From the NCBI GenBank assembly GCA_949297275.1, contig CASFQR010000007.1, positions 2,627 to 66,626 on the forward strand: a DNA stretch of 64,000 nt, read 5' to 3'. Origin of the DNA: an uncultured bacterium. GTDB lineage: Bacteria; Bacillota_I; Bacilli_A; RFN20; CAG-826. The translations under genes and the position numbers were made by a program. Numbering within the stretch: position 1 is the stretch's first letter; the number at the start of each line of letters is the position of its first letter. Of the stretch, positions 1-10,065 are shown piece after piece. The notes under the pieces were generated by a model that had not been told where the DNA came from, did not search any database, and saw only the letters and a list, made by a program, of their open reading frames with translations.

Positions 1-668
1 TAATCGATAATATGATGCAATAATTCAGTTGTTTCCTTTTGTTTCATTACATAATCGATGACAGGTTGATCTAAACCAGTTAAATCTTTTAATTCATCAA
101 TCCAAAAAGGATTAGGGATATTGCGGGTATCAAAGACAATTTCCGCATCCATCGGCACACCCTTTTTAAAGCCAAAACTCGTGAAAGAGAGGCATAAGGT
201 ATTATCGTGATCGCCTTCAATAATTTTATAGATATAGCGACGCAGTTCCGAACTTTGAAGCTTAGAAGTATCGATTAAAATATCTAATTTAATTCTTAAT
301 TCATCAAAATATTTACGGTCGAGGGCAATCGCTTGACTAAGCGAGAGACCATGAGCTTGTCGCGGATGAAAGCGTCGCGTTAATTTAAAGCGTTCAATCA
401 AAGAAGTTTCACTACAATCTAAGCCTAAAAAGATTGTGCGAATATCATTCTTTTCTTTAAAGAAATTATTGAATTCTAAAGCGTCTTCAATTGGGACTGT
501 TAAAGCGAGATGTTCATATTTTTGAGGAGCGTTCTTAATTTCAAAATATAAATTTTCTTTTAAAGAAACTGGTAAATTTTCAATGATGAAATAACCAAGT
601 TCCTCCAAAGTATAAATTAAAGTGGTTTTGCCCGCTCCATTAACGCCTGTTATCAAAAATAGTTCCAT
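1..668 (-). CDS. rapZ: RNase adapter RapZ/YvcJ-family P-loop protein (3' end runs off the window)
   Basis: Not in the ORF track. Manual translation from ATG at 668 gives MELFLITGVNGAGKTTLIYTLEELGYFIIENLP..., with GFKKGVPMDAEIVFDTRNIPNPFW near the window edge. GAGGT RBS at 676-680. Confidence 0.9.
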   Translation of the reverse strand, partial: MELFLITGVNGAGKTTLIYTLEELGYFIIENLPVSLKENLYFEIKNAPQKYEHLALTVPIEDALEFNNFFKEKNDIRTIFLGLDCSETSLIERFKLTRRFHPRQAHGLSLSQAIALDRKYFDELRIKLDILIDTSKLQSSELRRYIYKIIEGDHDNTLCLSFTSFGFKKGVPMDAEIVFDTRNIPNPFWIDELKDLTGLDQPVIDYVMKQKETTELLHHIID

Positions 669-693
669 CACATCTACCTCGTTAATATTATAA

Positions 694-942
694 CTAATCT
701 ACAAGATAAGTAATATTACCATTTATTAATGGTGACTTAATTTGTTCTGCAATTGCTAGTTTTGTCGTCTTTTTTTGTCGCTTGGTAATAAAGCGATAAA
801 TTGCTAAAGGGATAAAGATTATTAAAAAGAAAGAAGCGTAAGTAAAAACAAAGCCAATTAAATAGAGCCAAGGAGGATAAAAAACATTGTAGGCTGATAA
901 AGTTAAGGCAATGAGAGAAAAAGTAAGAAACTTATGATAAAT
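694..942 (-). other. Open frame for an 82-aa hydrophobic peptide with no ATG/GTG/TTG start
   Basis: Stop-free frame IYHKFLTFSLIALTLSAYNVFYPPWLYLIGFVFTYASFFLIIFIPLAIYRFITKRQKK...YLVD* fills the ppaX-rapZ gap. Two TM-like stretches and a basic tail. Confidence 0.35.
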
Positions 943-1570
943 TTATATCCGTAATAAAAGTTAAAAATTGCTTTATTAGATAATCTGGCTGAGTAGTGAT
1001 TTTGTCTTTGCGAGGACTCCAACTAACTAAAGCAAATTTTATCATTGCGTTTTTGGCAGCGAGAGCGTCATATTCACTATCGCCGACATATAATGCTTCA
1101 CTACTATTAATGCCTAAGACATTTAAAGCATAAATTAAACCATCTGGAGCGGGTTTATTATGACTAACTTCATCAGGCGTCACGATCACATCGAATAGAT
1201 TATCTAAATGTAATTGCTCTAAGGTCATTTCTGTATGTACGCGCCTTTTAGAAGTTACTAAAGCAATCTTAATGCCGCGAGATTTTAAAGCATTAAGTAA
1301 GGTGATGACCCCATCATATAAACGAACATATTTTTGATATAAAGGTGGGGTAATTTTTAAATAATCATGATAAATTTTATCGATATCTTGTAAGGGAAAT
1401 TCTTTTTGCAATGTTTCTAGAATCGGCGGACCAGAAAAAGTTAAAGTATGAGTAAAATCAGCTTGTGTCTCTGGTTTATATTTTTGATATAAGATTTTGA
1501 AGGCTTCAAAAATCATTTGGTCACTATCTAAGAGTGTGCCATCAAAATCGAATAAGATCGCTTTAAACAT
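932..1570 (-). CDS. ppaX: HAD-family hydrolase, pyrophosphatase PpaX/phosphoglycolate phosphatase-like
   Basis: FDFDGTLLDS, KPAPDG and YVGDS HAD motifs. Follows lgt as in the Firmicutes lgt-ppaX arrangement. Confidence 0.7.
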   Translation of the reverse strand: MFKAILFDFDGTLLDSDQMIFEAFKILYQKYKPETQADFTHTLTFSGPPILETLQKEFPLQDIDKIYHDYLKITPPLYQKYVRLYDGVITLLNALKSRGIKIALVTSKRRVHTEMTLEQLHLDNLFDVIVTPDEVSHNKPAPDGLIYALNVLGINSSEALYVGDSEYDALAAKNAMIKFALVSWSPRKDKITTQPDYLIKQFLTFITDINLS

Positions 1571-1575
1571 TTATT

Positions 1576-2856
1576 TTAAGCCGTAAACCAATTGCGAGGT
1601 TCTTTGCCTTTTTTCTTTCTAATATAGTCGTAAACATGGAAGGCAATAATTAATAAAATACCCGCTCCGACAAAGACAAAAGCTGTAATATAGGATTGAG
1701 AATAGGCAAAGGCCTCACCATCATTTCCCCAACCTTGTCGCATCGGTTCCATGACAATACGCGTTAAACCATACCATATAATATAACAAGCAGTTAGATC
1801 ACCTAAAGATAACCATTTTTTTAACGGTTGACCAATCGCGTAAGCGATGATGAAATAACCCGCTAAATTGGAGAGACATTCAATTAAAAATAAAGGAACA
1901 TAGATTTGGGTGCCACTAATCATTCCGTTAGCAAAATCTACCCCCATTTGGTTATAGATCATCGTCGGTAAAAAGGCCCAATTACTACCATCGGTCGCCG
2001 CCCCATAAACTTCGTGATTAAAGAAATTACCCCAGCGGCCAATCGCCTGGGCAATTAATATGGCGGGAACAATAATATCCATCGCCCAACGAATATTGAC
2101 ATATTTTCTTAAAGTCACCATCGCGATGACTCCAAAGATAATGCCAAAAATCGCCCCACCTTGAATCGCTAAACCGCCTTCCCAAATATATAAAATCTTG
2201 ATTGGGTCCGCTAAATAATGCGCGGGTTCAAGCACTAAACAATACCATAAACGCGCGCCGATAATACCCATCGGGAAAGCGATTAAAAAGATCGGATCGA
2301 GGATACCATGTTTTTTAAAGCGCTGATAGAAGCGGTGATCACAAACAAAATAAACTAAAACGGCGCCACTAACAATTAAGATGCCATAAAATTGAATATG
2401 GAATGAACCAATATTTATCCCGGTTACTAATGGATAAGTAAAATGCATCGCCATTCCTTCGCTCATTAAAAACATTGTCACAATCGCTAAAATAGCTGCT
2501 GGAAATAATGAATAAAAGAGATATTTACGGCGTTCGACTTCTAGTGTTGGTTTATAATAATATAAAACAAAGGCATAAATAAAATAAGAGATAAAAGCGG
2601 CAAAGAAATAAGAGCCGAAGGCTAAGAAAAGATATTCTTTGACGCTATAAACCCAACTTTGCATATAGCCGAGGAATAAATTGCTTAAAAAAGTGAAAAT
2701 GCCAGTAACAAAGACTGGAATTAAAAATCTTAAATAATCGATTTTATGGAGTTTATCATCATCTTTAGCTTTTATCTTTTTAATCACATAAACAAAGCCA
2801 TAAATAAATGTTCCTAAACCTAACAATAGAAAGATAATAAAAAATGCAATATTCAT
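1576..2856 (-). CDS. lgt: Prolipoprotein diacylglyceryl transferase with extra N-terminal TM domain
   Basis: GIIGARLWY, IWEGGLAIQGG and QAIGRWGNFFNHEVYG Lgt motifs. Confidence 0.92.
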   Translation of the reverse strand: MNIAFFIIFLLLGLGTFIYGFVYVIKKIKAKDDDKLHKIDYLRFLIPVFVTGIFTFLSNLFLGYMQSWVYSVKEYLFLAFGSYFFAAFISYFIYAFVLYYYKPTLEVERRKYLFYSLFPAAILAIVTMFLMSEGMAMHFTYPLVTGINIGSFHIQFYGILIVSGAVLVYFVCDHRFYQRFKKHGILDPIFLIAFPMGIIGARLWYCLVLEPAHYLADPIKILYIWEGGLAIQGGAIFGIIFGVIAMVTLRKYVNIRWAMDIIVPAILIAQAIGRWGNFFNHEVYGAATDGSNWAFLPTMIYNQMGVDFANGMISGTQIYVPLFLIECLSNLAGYFIIAYAIGQPLKKWLSLGDLTACYIIWYGLTRIVMEPMRQGWGNDGEAFAYSQSYITAFVFVGAGILLIIAFHVYDYIRKKKGKEPRNWFTA

Positions 2857-2876
2857 ACGCGATTAGTTTAGCAAAT

Positions 2877-5732
2877 TTAAGATTTTTTTAAATAGTTATT
2901 TGCGTTTAAAAATGATTTGAGGTATTGCCCAGTATAAGATTTAGGATTATTTGCTACCTCTTCTGGTGTACCTAAGGCAATAATTTGACCACCACCATCG
3001 CCCCCTTCTGGCCCTAAATCAATAATATGATCGGCTAATTTAATCACATCTAAATTATGTTCAATAATTAAAACCGTATCACCATTATCAACGATTCTTT
3101 CTAACACTAACATCAAGCGCTTAATATCATCTTTATGTAAACCAGTCGTAGGTTCATCTAAAACAAATAAGGTTTTACCCGTTGGGCGCTTTTGGAGTTC
3201 GTAGGCTAATTTAACTCTTTGAGCTTCACCGCCACTAAGAGTAGTTGCTTGTTGCCCTAATTTCATATAACCTAAACCAACATCGCATAAAATATCTAAT
3301 TGCCGCTTAATTTGGATGCGATTAGCGAAGAATTCGCGCGCATCTTCAATTGTCATTTCTAAGACTTCATAAATATTTTTACCTTTATAAGTAATTTCTA
3401 ATGTTTCGGCGTTATATCTTTTACCATCACATTCATCGCATTTGACATAGACATCTGGTAAAAAGTTCATTGAGATGCGGCTAACACCCGCACCTTGACA
3501 GTGCTCACATCTTCCACCAGAAATATTAAAAGAGAAACGACCTTTATCATAGCCTTTAGCCCTCGCTAAAGGGGTTTCGGCAAATAAAGCGCGGATATCA
3601 TCAAAAACCCCCACATAAGTGGCCGGATTAGATCGTGGTGTCTTCCCAATTGGTTCTTGGGTGACATTAACGACTTTATCGATGTTTTTATAACCACTGA
3701 TGGATCTAAATTTACCTGGGTGATATTCGCCTTTTTTATTAATTTTAGCTAAAAGAGCAGGCACGAGGGTTTGATTAATTAATGATGATTTACCACTACC
3801 AGAGACTCCCGTAACTAAAATTAATGTGCCTAAAGGTAAAGAGATATTAATATTTTTTAAATTATTACATTCTGCACCACTAAGTTCTAAGAATTTGCCA
3901 TTACCTGTTCTCCGCTTACTTGGTAAAGCAATATCTAATTCATGCGAAAGATATTTACCAGTAATTGATCGCGGTTCTTTAATGATATCGGCTAATGTTC
4001 CTTTAGCAACCACTTCTCCACCATGCACCCCCGCTCCTGGACCAATATCGACAAGATAATCGGCTTCGCGCATCATCTCTTCATCGTGCTCCACCACAAT
4101 TAAGGTATTGCCTAAATCGCGCATTTCTTTCATCGTTTTAATTAAGCGCGCGTTATCGCGTTGATGTAAACCAATGGAAGGTTCATCTAAAACATATAAA
4201 ATGCCAGATAATTTAGAACCAATTTGTGTCGCTAGACGAATACGTTGAGCCTCACCACCACTTAAAGTAGCAGCCATTCTCGCTAAAGTTAAATAAGATA
4301 AACCAACATCAACTAAAAATTCCGCGCGATTAAGAATTTCTTTAATTACTAAATGCACAATCTGTTTTTGATAATCGGTTAAAACCTTATCTAAATCTTT
4401 AATAAAAGTGACTAATTGCTCAATGGATAGACGAGTAACTTCATAAATATTTAAACCATTGACTTTGATGGCTAAGACTTCTTTAGATAAACGCGCTCCA
4501 TGGCACATTTGACATTCATTATCGCGCATATAAAAGCCATATAATTGCCGCATCATTTCCGAATTAGTCTCATTATATAACCTAGTGATTTTATCCAAAA
4601 TTCCTTCAATATAACCACTGCGGTGCATTTTATTTCCACTCGCAGAAGTTAAGACATATTTAAAATGGCGATCAGAGCCATGAAAGATAATATTTCTTTC
4701 TTTTTTACTATATTCTTTAAAAGGGATATCGGTGCGAATTTGATATTGATCTAATAAAAATTTAAATTCTTGCCATTCTAAATTAGAAGTATTAACAGTA
4801 TTTTTAAACCAGCGAATAGCCCCCTTATCGATTGAGAGATTCTCGTTGGGCACTAAGATTTCACTCGATGCTTCTCTTTTAATACCTAAACCTTTACAAG
4901 ATGGGCAATAACCCATCGGGGCGTTAAAAGAGAATAATCGAGGTTCAAGTTTAGGAACAGCAAAGCCACAGATTGGACAAGCGTGATGTTCACTTAATAA
5001 CCTTTCTTCGATATCTGATAAAAAGATGACATAACCATGACCATAATCAAGGGCTAATTCAATCGATTCAAATAAGCGCGAAGCGATGTCTTCTTTAATT
5101 ATTAAGCGATCAATTACAATATCAATATGGTGACGAAGATTTTTTTCTAAAGGAGAAACTTCACTTAAACGCATGATTTTCCCATCGACCCGCACGCGTT
5201 CAAAACCTTGCTCTTTAATTCGTTTGAGTGTTTCAACATGCGTGCCTTTTTCTTCTTTAATAATTGGAGCTAAGAGATATAATTTAGTGCCCACTGGGTA
5301 AGCTAAAGCAATATCGCGCATCTTGGTCGGCGAAAAAGAAACGATTGGTATATTGTGATTTGGGCAATAAGGTACACCAACACGCGCGAATAATAATCTT
5401 AAATAGTCATATATTTCAGTTACTGTCCCCACTGTTGATCGCGGATTATGCGAGGTAGTTTTTTGATCGATTGAAATCGCAGGTGATAAACCTTCAATCG
5501 CATCGACATCTGGTTTTTCAATATTGCCTAAAAATTGTCGCGCATAACTAGAAAGCGATTCGATATAGCGCCTTTGACCTTCTTTAAAAATAGTATCAAA
5601 GGCTAGCGTAGTTTTACCTGAACCCGATAAACCAGTAAAAACAACCAATTGATTTTTGGGGATTTCTAAATCGATATTTTTTAAATTATTATCGCGAGCG
5701 CCTTTAATAAAAATCGTATTCTGTTCTTGCAT
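2877..5732 (-). CDS. uvrA: Excinuclease ABC subunit A
   Basis: Two Walker A motifs (GLSGSGKT, GVSGSGKS), two LSGGEAQR signatures, Zn fingers, 951 aa. Confidence 0.98.
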   Translation of the reverse strand: MQEQNTIFIKGARDNNLKNIDLEIPKNQLVVFTGLSGSGKTTLAFDTIFKEGQRRYIESLSSYARQFLGNIEKPDVDAIEGLSPAISIDQKTTSHNPRSTVGTVTEIYDYLRLLFARVGVPYCPNHNIPIVSFSPTKMRDIALAYPVGTKLYLLAPIIKEEKGTHVETLKRIKEQGFERVRVDGKIMRLSEVSPLEKNLRHHIDIVIDRLIIKEDIASRLFESIELALDYGHGYVIFLSDIEERLLSEHHACPICGFAVPKLEPRLFSFNAPMGYCPSCKGLGIKREASSEILVPNENLSIDKGAIRWFKNTVNTSNLEWQEFKFLLDQYQIRTDIPFKEYSKKERNIIFHGSDRHFKYVLTSASGNKMHRSGYIEGILDKITRLYNETNSEMMRQLYGFYMRDNECQMCHGARLSKEVLAIKVNGLNIYEVTRLSIEQLVTFIKDLDKVLTDYQKQIVHLVIKEILNRAEFLVDVGLSYLTLARMAATLSGGEAQRIRLATQIGSKLSGILYVLDEPSIGLHQRDNARLIKTMKEMRDLGNTLIVVEHDEEMMREADYLVDIGPGAGVHGGEVVAKGTLADIIKEPRSITGKYLSHELDIALPSKRRTGNGKFLELSGAECNNLKNINISLPLGTLILVTGVSGSGKSSLINQTLVPALLAKINKKGEYHPGKFRSISGYKNIDKVVNVTQEPIGKTPRSNPATYVGVFDDIRALFAETPLARAKGYDKGRFSFNISGGRCEHCQGAGVSRISMNFLPDVYVKCDECDGKRYNAETLEITYKGKNIYEVLEMTIEDAREFFANRIQIKRQLDILCDVGLGYMKLGQQATTLSGGEAQRVKLAYELQKRPTGKTLFVLDEPTTGLHKDDIKRLMLVLERIVDNGDTVLIIEHNLDVIKLADHIIDLGPEGGDGGGQIIALGTPEEVANNPKSYTGQYLKSFLNANNYLKKS

Positions 5733-5777
5733 ATATCTCTTTTAAAAAATAAATAAATGATTATAATAATATTTACT

Positions 5778-5854
5778 CGGGACGTGGCGTAGCTTGGTAG
5801 CGCGCTTCCTTGGGGTGGAAGAGGCCGTGAGTTCAAATCTCATCGTTCCGACCA
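5778..5854 (+). tRNA. tRNA-Pro (GGG)
   Basis: CGGGACG...AGCTTGGTAGC...CTTCC-TTGGGGT-GGAAG anticodon arm, GTTCAAATC T-loop, 3' ACCA. Confidence 0.95.
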
Positions 5855-5865
5855 TTTAAATCATT

Positions 5866-5890
5866 ACATCTCTACATAGAGATGTTTTTT
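5866..5890 (+). terminator. Rho-independent terminator of tRNA-Pro
   Basis: ACATCTCTA-ca-TAGAGATGT followed by a T-run. Confidence 0.7.
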
Positions 5891-5892
5891 AT

Positions 5893-5921
5893 AAAAGGAG
5901 GCTACTTAATGTAGCCCCCTT
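5893..5921 (-). terminator. Terminator of nifJ
   Basis: AAGGAGGCTAC-ttaat-GTAGCCCCCTT hairpin just past the stop codon. Confidence 0.65.
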
Positions 5922-5934
5922 AAGCAGTTAGGAA

Positions 5935-8900
5935 TTATAGACCAAATTTCTTGATTCTTTCATAGCGTGCCTTCGCGTGCATTTCAGATTTTTGTAATAA
6001 TTCTTCCGCGTGCTCAGGATTAACGATTGGGAGTTGTGAGAAGCGAGTTTCGCCCATCACAAATTCGCGGAATTTAGTGAAATCAGGTTCTTTCATATCT
6101 AAAGTGAGACAAGGTTTACCCATCGCGGCATTTCTAGGATCATATCTAAAGATGGGGAAATAGCCACTTTCTACAGCTTTCTTTTCGACTTTCATCGTGT
6201 TAGATAAGCCACCTTTAATCCCGTGGTTAGCACATGGTGCATAACAAATAATTAATGATGGACCATCATAACTTTCAGCTTCTTTTAAAGCTTGAATCGC
6301 TTTCATGGGATTTGCGCCCATCGAAATTTGAGCGACATAGACATGGCCATACGCCATCGCCATTAAAGCGAGATTCTTCTTCGCGCCGGTTTTACCACTA
6401 GCGGTAAATTTAGCGATTGAACCAGTTTGGGAAGACTTAGAAGATTGACCGCCGGTATTAGAATAAACTTCCGTATCTAAGACGAGGACATTGACATCAT
6501 CTTCATTGGCTAAGACATGGTCTAAACCACCATAACCAATATCATATGACCAACCATCACCGCCGATAATCCACACTGATTTATCTAATAAATCGCGTTC
6601 ATATTTTAAGACTTCTTGGATTGCTTCGTTTTTACTTTCTTTAACTAGTTTCACTAAAGTAGGAATAATCTTACGAGCTTCCTCTTTGTTTTTAATATTA
6701 TTTAAATATTGGTCAATTGTTTCTTTTAGTTCATCGCTAACATCACTAGCTGCTTTAGCAGCAGTTAAAATGCGAACGATTTGGGCTAATTTATAGTTAG
6801 TAGCAATGCGCATACCATAACCAAATTCAGCATTATCTTCAAATAAGGAATTCGCCCACGCTACCCCTTGACCATTCTTATCAGTGCAAAATGGCGTTAA
6901 AGGTGTCGAGCCACTATAAATTGAGGAGCAGCCAGTCGCGTTAGCCACTAACATATCTTTACCAAATAATTGGGAAACGAGGCGATAATATGGTGTCTCA
7001 CCACAACCAGCACACGCCCCACTAACTTCCATATAAGGCATTAAGAAACCAACGCCTTTGACGGTATTAGTTGGCACTAAGTTAGATTTATATTCGACAT
7101 GTTTATATAAATAATCAGCAGCGTCCTCAAGATGGAATTGTTCTTTGGCTTCTTTCATCACTAAAGCGTGTTTCCCCATCTTATTTGCCATACATTCACT
7201 AACGCATAACGCGCAGCCAACGCAGTTTTTAGGTGAAACTTGAATGCGGAATTTATAACCTTTTAAGGCTGAACCACCCATCGCATCAATAACATCATTT
7301 TTCACTGCTTCAGGCGCATTCTTTAATTCTTCTTCATTTAATAAGAATGGACGAATAGTCGCGTGTGGACAGACAAAGGCACATTGATTACATTGAATAC
7401 AATCGTCTTTATTCCATTCAGGAACCATATCAGCAATCGATCGTTTTTCTTTAAAGGTGATATCATTTTCCATCGTTCCATCAAGTAATTCAAATTCTTT
7501 AAATTTAGAAACCGGGATAGTATCACCATCTAATGAGCCAACAAGCGAGACATAAGAATCGAAATATTCATCACCTGTCATTTCACGGACGCGTTTAGGA
7601 TTAAGTTCGGCCCAAGTTGGATCAATTTTAACTTCGCGTAGGCCACTAGAACCCGCATCGATAGCTTGATAATTAAGTTCAACGACATCTTGACCTTTTT
7701 TCGCATAGGTTTTCGCAGCTAATTTCTTCATCCAAGCGCGAGCGTCTTCATAAGGCATGATACTAGGATTAAGATAGAAGAAAGAAGATTGTAATGTCGT
7801 ATTAGTGTGACGACCCATACCAATTTCATGGGCAATCTTATTCGCGTCAATAACATAGAATTTTGCATGTTTGGTCGCTAATTGATATTTAACGCGATTA
7901 GGCAAGGATTTAATTAATGCTTCATCATCCATGTCGGTATTAAGTAAGAAAATACCACCTTCCTTTAAATTCTTGAGCATATCAAATTTAAAGAGATAAG
8001 TATCAAGCGAACAAGAGATAAAGTCAGCATTTTCAACATAATAAGTTGAATGAATTGGTGATTTACCAAAGCGGAGGTGCGAACGAGTGACCCCACCAGC
8101 TTTTCTAGAATCGTAAGCAAAATAGGCTTGAGCGTATTGATGAGTGGCATCGCCAATAATCTTAATTGAAGATTTATTCGCAGAGACCGTACCATCACTA
8201 CCTAAACCATAGAATAAGCAAGAAGTATAATCACCTTTAATATGGAAAGAATCATCAACCGGAATCGATAAGTGCGTCACATCATCTTCAATCCCGACTG
8301 TGAAATTATGATGCGGTTGATGCTTTAAGAAATCAAAGACTGATTTAATGTGTTTGGGTTGAGTATCTTTGCTTGATAAACCATAACGACCACCATAAAC
8401 AGCAATCGATGTTTTGCCCATTAAATTAAGGGCACTGACGACATCTTCATAAAGTGGTTCACCACTTGCCCCAATTTCTTTCGTGCGATCTAAGACGGCA
8501 ATGCGCTTAGTTGAAGCAGGAATTTTTTCAACTAAATGTTTAGCGGAGAAAGGACGATAAAGATGGACTTTAACTAAACCAACTTTTTCACCATTCTTTG
8601 TTAAAGCGTCAATAACTTCAATTGCCGTTTCCGTAACTGAACCCATCGCAATGATAACATCAGTCGCGTCCTTAGCCCCATAATAGGTAAATGGTGCATA
8701 TTCGCGACCAGTTAATTCGCTAGCAATCTTTAAATATTTTTCAGCCACCTTTAAGACATTATCATAATGTTCGTTTTGGGCTTCGCGACCTTGGAAATAA
8801 ATATCATCATTTTCCGCCCCACCGCGGGTGACTGGATGAGTGTGAGGATTAAGCGCTCTTTGTCTAAAATCTTCAATTTTGTCCCAAGGTAATAATTTAC

Positions 8901-9480
8901 GATATTCTTCTTCATCGACAAATTCGACATTTTGAATTTCGTGAGAAGTGCGGAAACCATCAAAGAAATGGAGAATTGGTGCTTCGCTTTCCATCGCAAT
9001 TAAATGAGCGATTGGGGTTAAATCAGCAATTTCTTGCACAGAATGCGAACATAACATCGTAATGCCAGTTTGACGCACCGCATAAATATCTTGATGATCA
9101 CCAAAAATTGATAAAGCACGCGTAGCTAAAGAACGGGCTGAAACATGTAAAACAGCTGGCAATAATTCACCAACCCATTTATAAATGTTAGGAATCATTA
9201 ATAATAAGCCTTGGCTAGCGGTATAAGTTGTCGCATAAGCCCCAGCTTGTAAAGCCCCATGCACTGTTCCCGAAGCACCGGCTTCTGATTGCATTTCAAC
9301 AACTTTTACTGGTTGACTAAAGAAATTCTTTTGGCCTTTTGAGGCATAGACATCGACTAATTCGGCCATCGGTGAGCTGGGGGTAATTGGATAAATACCA
9401 GCTACTTCAGTAAAATGATAGCTACCCATCGCCGCGGCAGTATTGCCATCGACTGAGAGAAATGTTTTTTTAACTTCCAC
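5935..9480 (-). CDS. nifJ: Pyruvate:ferredoxin/flavodoxin oxidoreductase (GTG start)
   Basis: DGNTAAA, YPITPSS, two ferredoxin Cys motifs (CIQCNQC, CVGCALC), GACAGCGE, GGDGWSYDIG TPP motif. Confidence 0.97.
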   Translation of the reverse strand: MEVKKTFLSVDGNTAAAMGSYHFTEVAGIYPITPSSPMAELVDVYASKGQKNFFSQPVKVVEMQSEAGASGTVHGALQAGAYATTYTASQGLLLMIPNIYKWVGELLPAVLHVSARSLATRALSIFGDHQDIYAVRQTGITMLCSHSVQEIADLTPIAHLIAMESEAPILHFFDGFRTSHEIQNVEFVDEEEYRKLLPWDKIEDFRQRALNPHTHPVTRGGAENDDIYFQGREAQNEHYDNVLKVAEKYLKIASELTGREYAPFTYYGAKDATDVIIAMGSVTETAIEVIDALTKNGEKVGLVKVHLYRPFSAKHLVEKIPASTKRIAVLDRTKEIGASGEPLYEDVVSALNLMGKTSIAVYGGRYGLSSKDTQPKHIKSVFDFLKHQPHHNFTVGIEDDVTHLSIPVDDSFHIKGDYTSCLFYGLGSDGTVSANKSSIKIIGDATHQYAQAYFAYDSRKAGGVTRSHLRFGKSPIHSTYYVENADFISCSLDTYLFKFDMLKNLKEGGIFLLNTDMDDEALIKSLPNRVKYQLATKHAKFYVIDANKIAHEIGMGRHTNTTLQSSFFYLNPSIMPYEDARAWMKKLAAKTYAKKGQDVVELNYQAIDAGSSGLREVKIDPTWAELNPKRVREMTGDEYFDSYVSLVGSLDGDTIPVSKFKEFELLDGTMENDITFKEKRSIADMVPEWNKDDCIQCNQCAFVCPHATIRPFLLNEEELKNAPEAVKNDVIDAMGGSALKGYKFRIQVSPKNCVGCALCVSECMANKMGKHALVMKEAKEQFHLEDAADYLYKHVEYKSNLVPTNTVKGVGFLMPYMEVSGACAGCGETPYYRLVSQLFGKDMLVANATGCSSIYSGSTPLTPFCTDKNGQGVAWANSLFEDNAEFGYGMRIATNYKLAQIVRILTAAKAASDVSDELKETIDQYLNNIKNKEEARKIIPTLVKLVKESKNEAIQEVLKYERDLLDKSVWIIGGDGWSYDIGYGGLDHVLANEDDVNVLVLDTEVYSNTGGQSSKSSQTGSIAKFTASGKTGAKKNLALMAMAYGHVYVAQISMGANPMKAIQALKEAESYDGPSLIICYAPCANHGIKGGLSNTMKVEKKAVESGYFPIFRYDPRNAAMGKPCLTLDMKEPDFTKFREFVMGETRFSQLPIVNPEHAEELLQKSEMHAKARYERIKKFGL

Positions 9481-9510
9481 GATTTAAAATCTCCTTTTTA
9501 TATCGAAAAT

Positions 9511-9547
9511 ATTATAAATTTACCCACTTTAGATATCAATATCTAAA
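9511..9547 (-). promoter_or_regulatory. Sigma-A promoter of nifJ overlapped by a palindromic operator
   Basis: TTGATA (9539-9534), 17 bp, TATAAT (9516-9511). Inverted repeat TTTAGATAT-ca-ATATCTAAA at 9528-9547 covers the -35 box. Confidence 0.7.
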
Positions 9548-9612
9548 ATGAAAAATAAATGATAAAAAATAAACTTAAAATAATAAAGGTAGAAGATGAA
9601 GATATTTAAAAA

Positions 9613-10029
9613 TTATTTATTCTTTTTCTTTGGGTGTAATTCTTCATTAATTAAGCGGCGAAGAACTTTTAAATCTTGAGGATTAAGGGTTAAATTTCGA
9701 TCAAAAAAGCCGGAAATTGTCAGTTTTTTATAAATGAAATCACTTACAGAAGCATATTGCTCTAATTGTTTTTTCTTGATGGGATTATGTTCTTTTTTAA
9801 CTGGTTCTTTTACTTCATTAACTTGATTAATATATTCAGTTAAAGCCGGGATTAAATCTTTCACATTATAATCTAAATCTAATTTAATTAAGGGATCAAA
9901 ATAAGATAAATCATTCGCAATAATATCGCTATAAATGCCGATTTTATTTGCTAACATATCTAAAGAAATGTATTTGCGGCGAATGCTTTCAATAATTTTA
10001 AGATATTTTCGCGCCTTACTTTTGTTCAT
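9613..10029 (-). CDS. Rex-like winged-helix protein lacking the NAD-binding domain
   Basis: YISLDMLANKIGIYSDIIANDLSYF resembles the Rex N-terminal wHTH (ISSxELA...IRKDLSYFG). Only 138 aa, no GxGxxG motif. Confidence 0.55.
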   Translation of the reverse strand: MNKSKARKYLKIIESIRRKYISLDMLANKIGIYSDIIANDLSYFDPLIKLDLDYNVKDLIPALTEYINQVNEVKEPVKKEHNPIKKKQLEQYASVSDFIYKKLTISGFFDRNLTLNPQDLKVLRRLINEELHPKKKNK

Positions 10030-10065
10030 ATGCTTATTATAGCATAGTGATTAAAAAGATAATAA

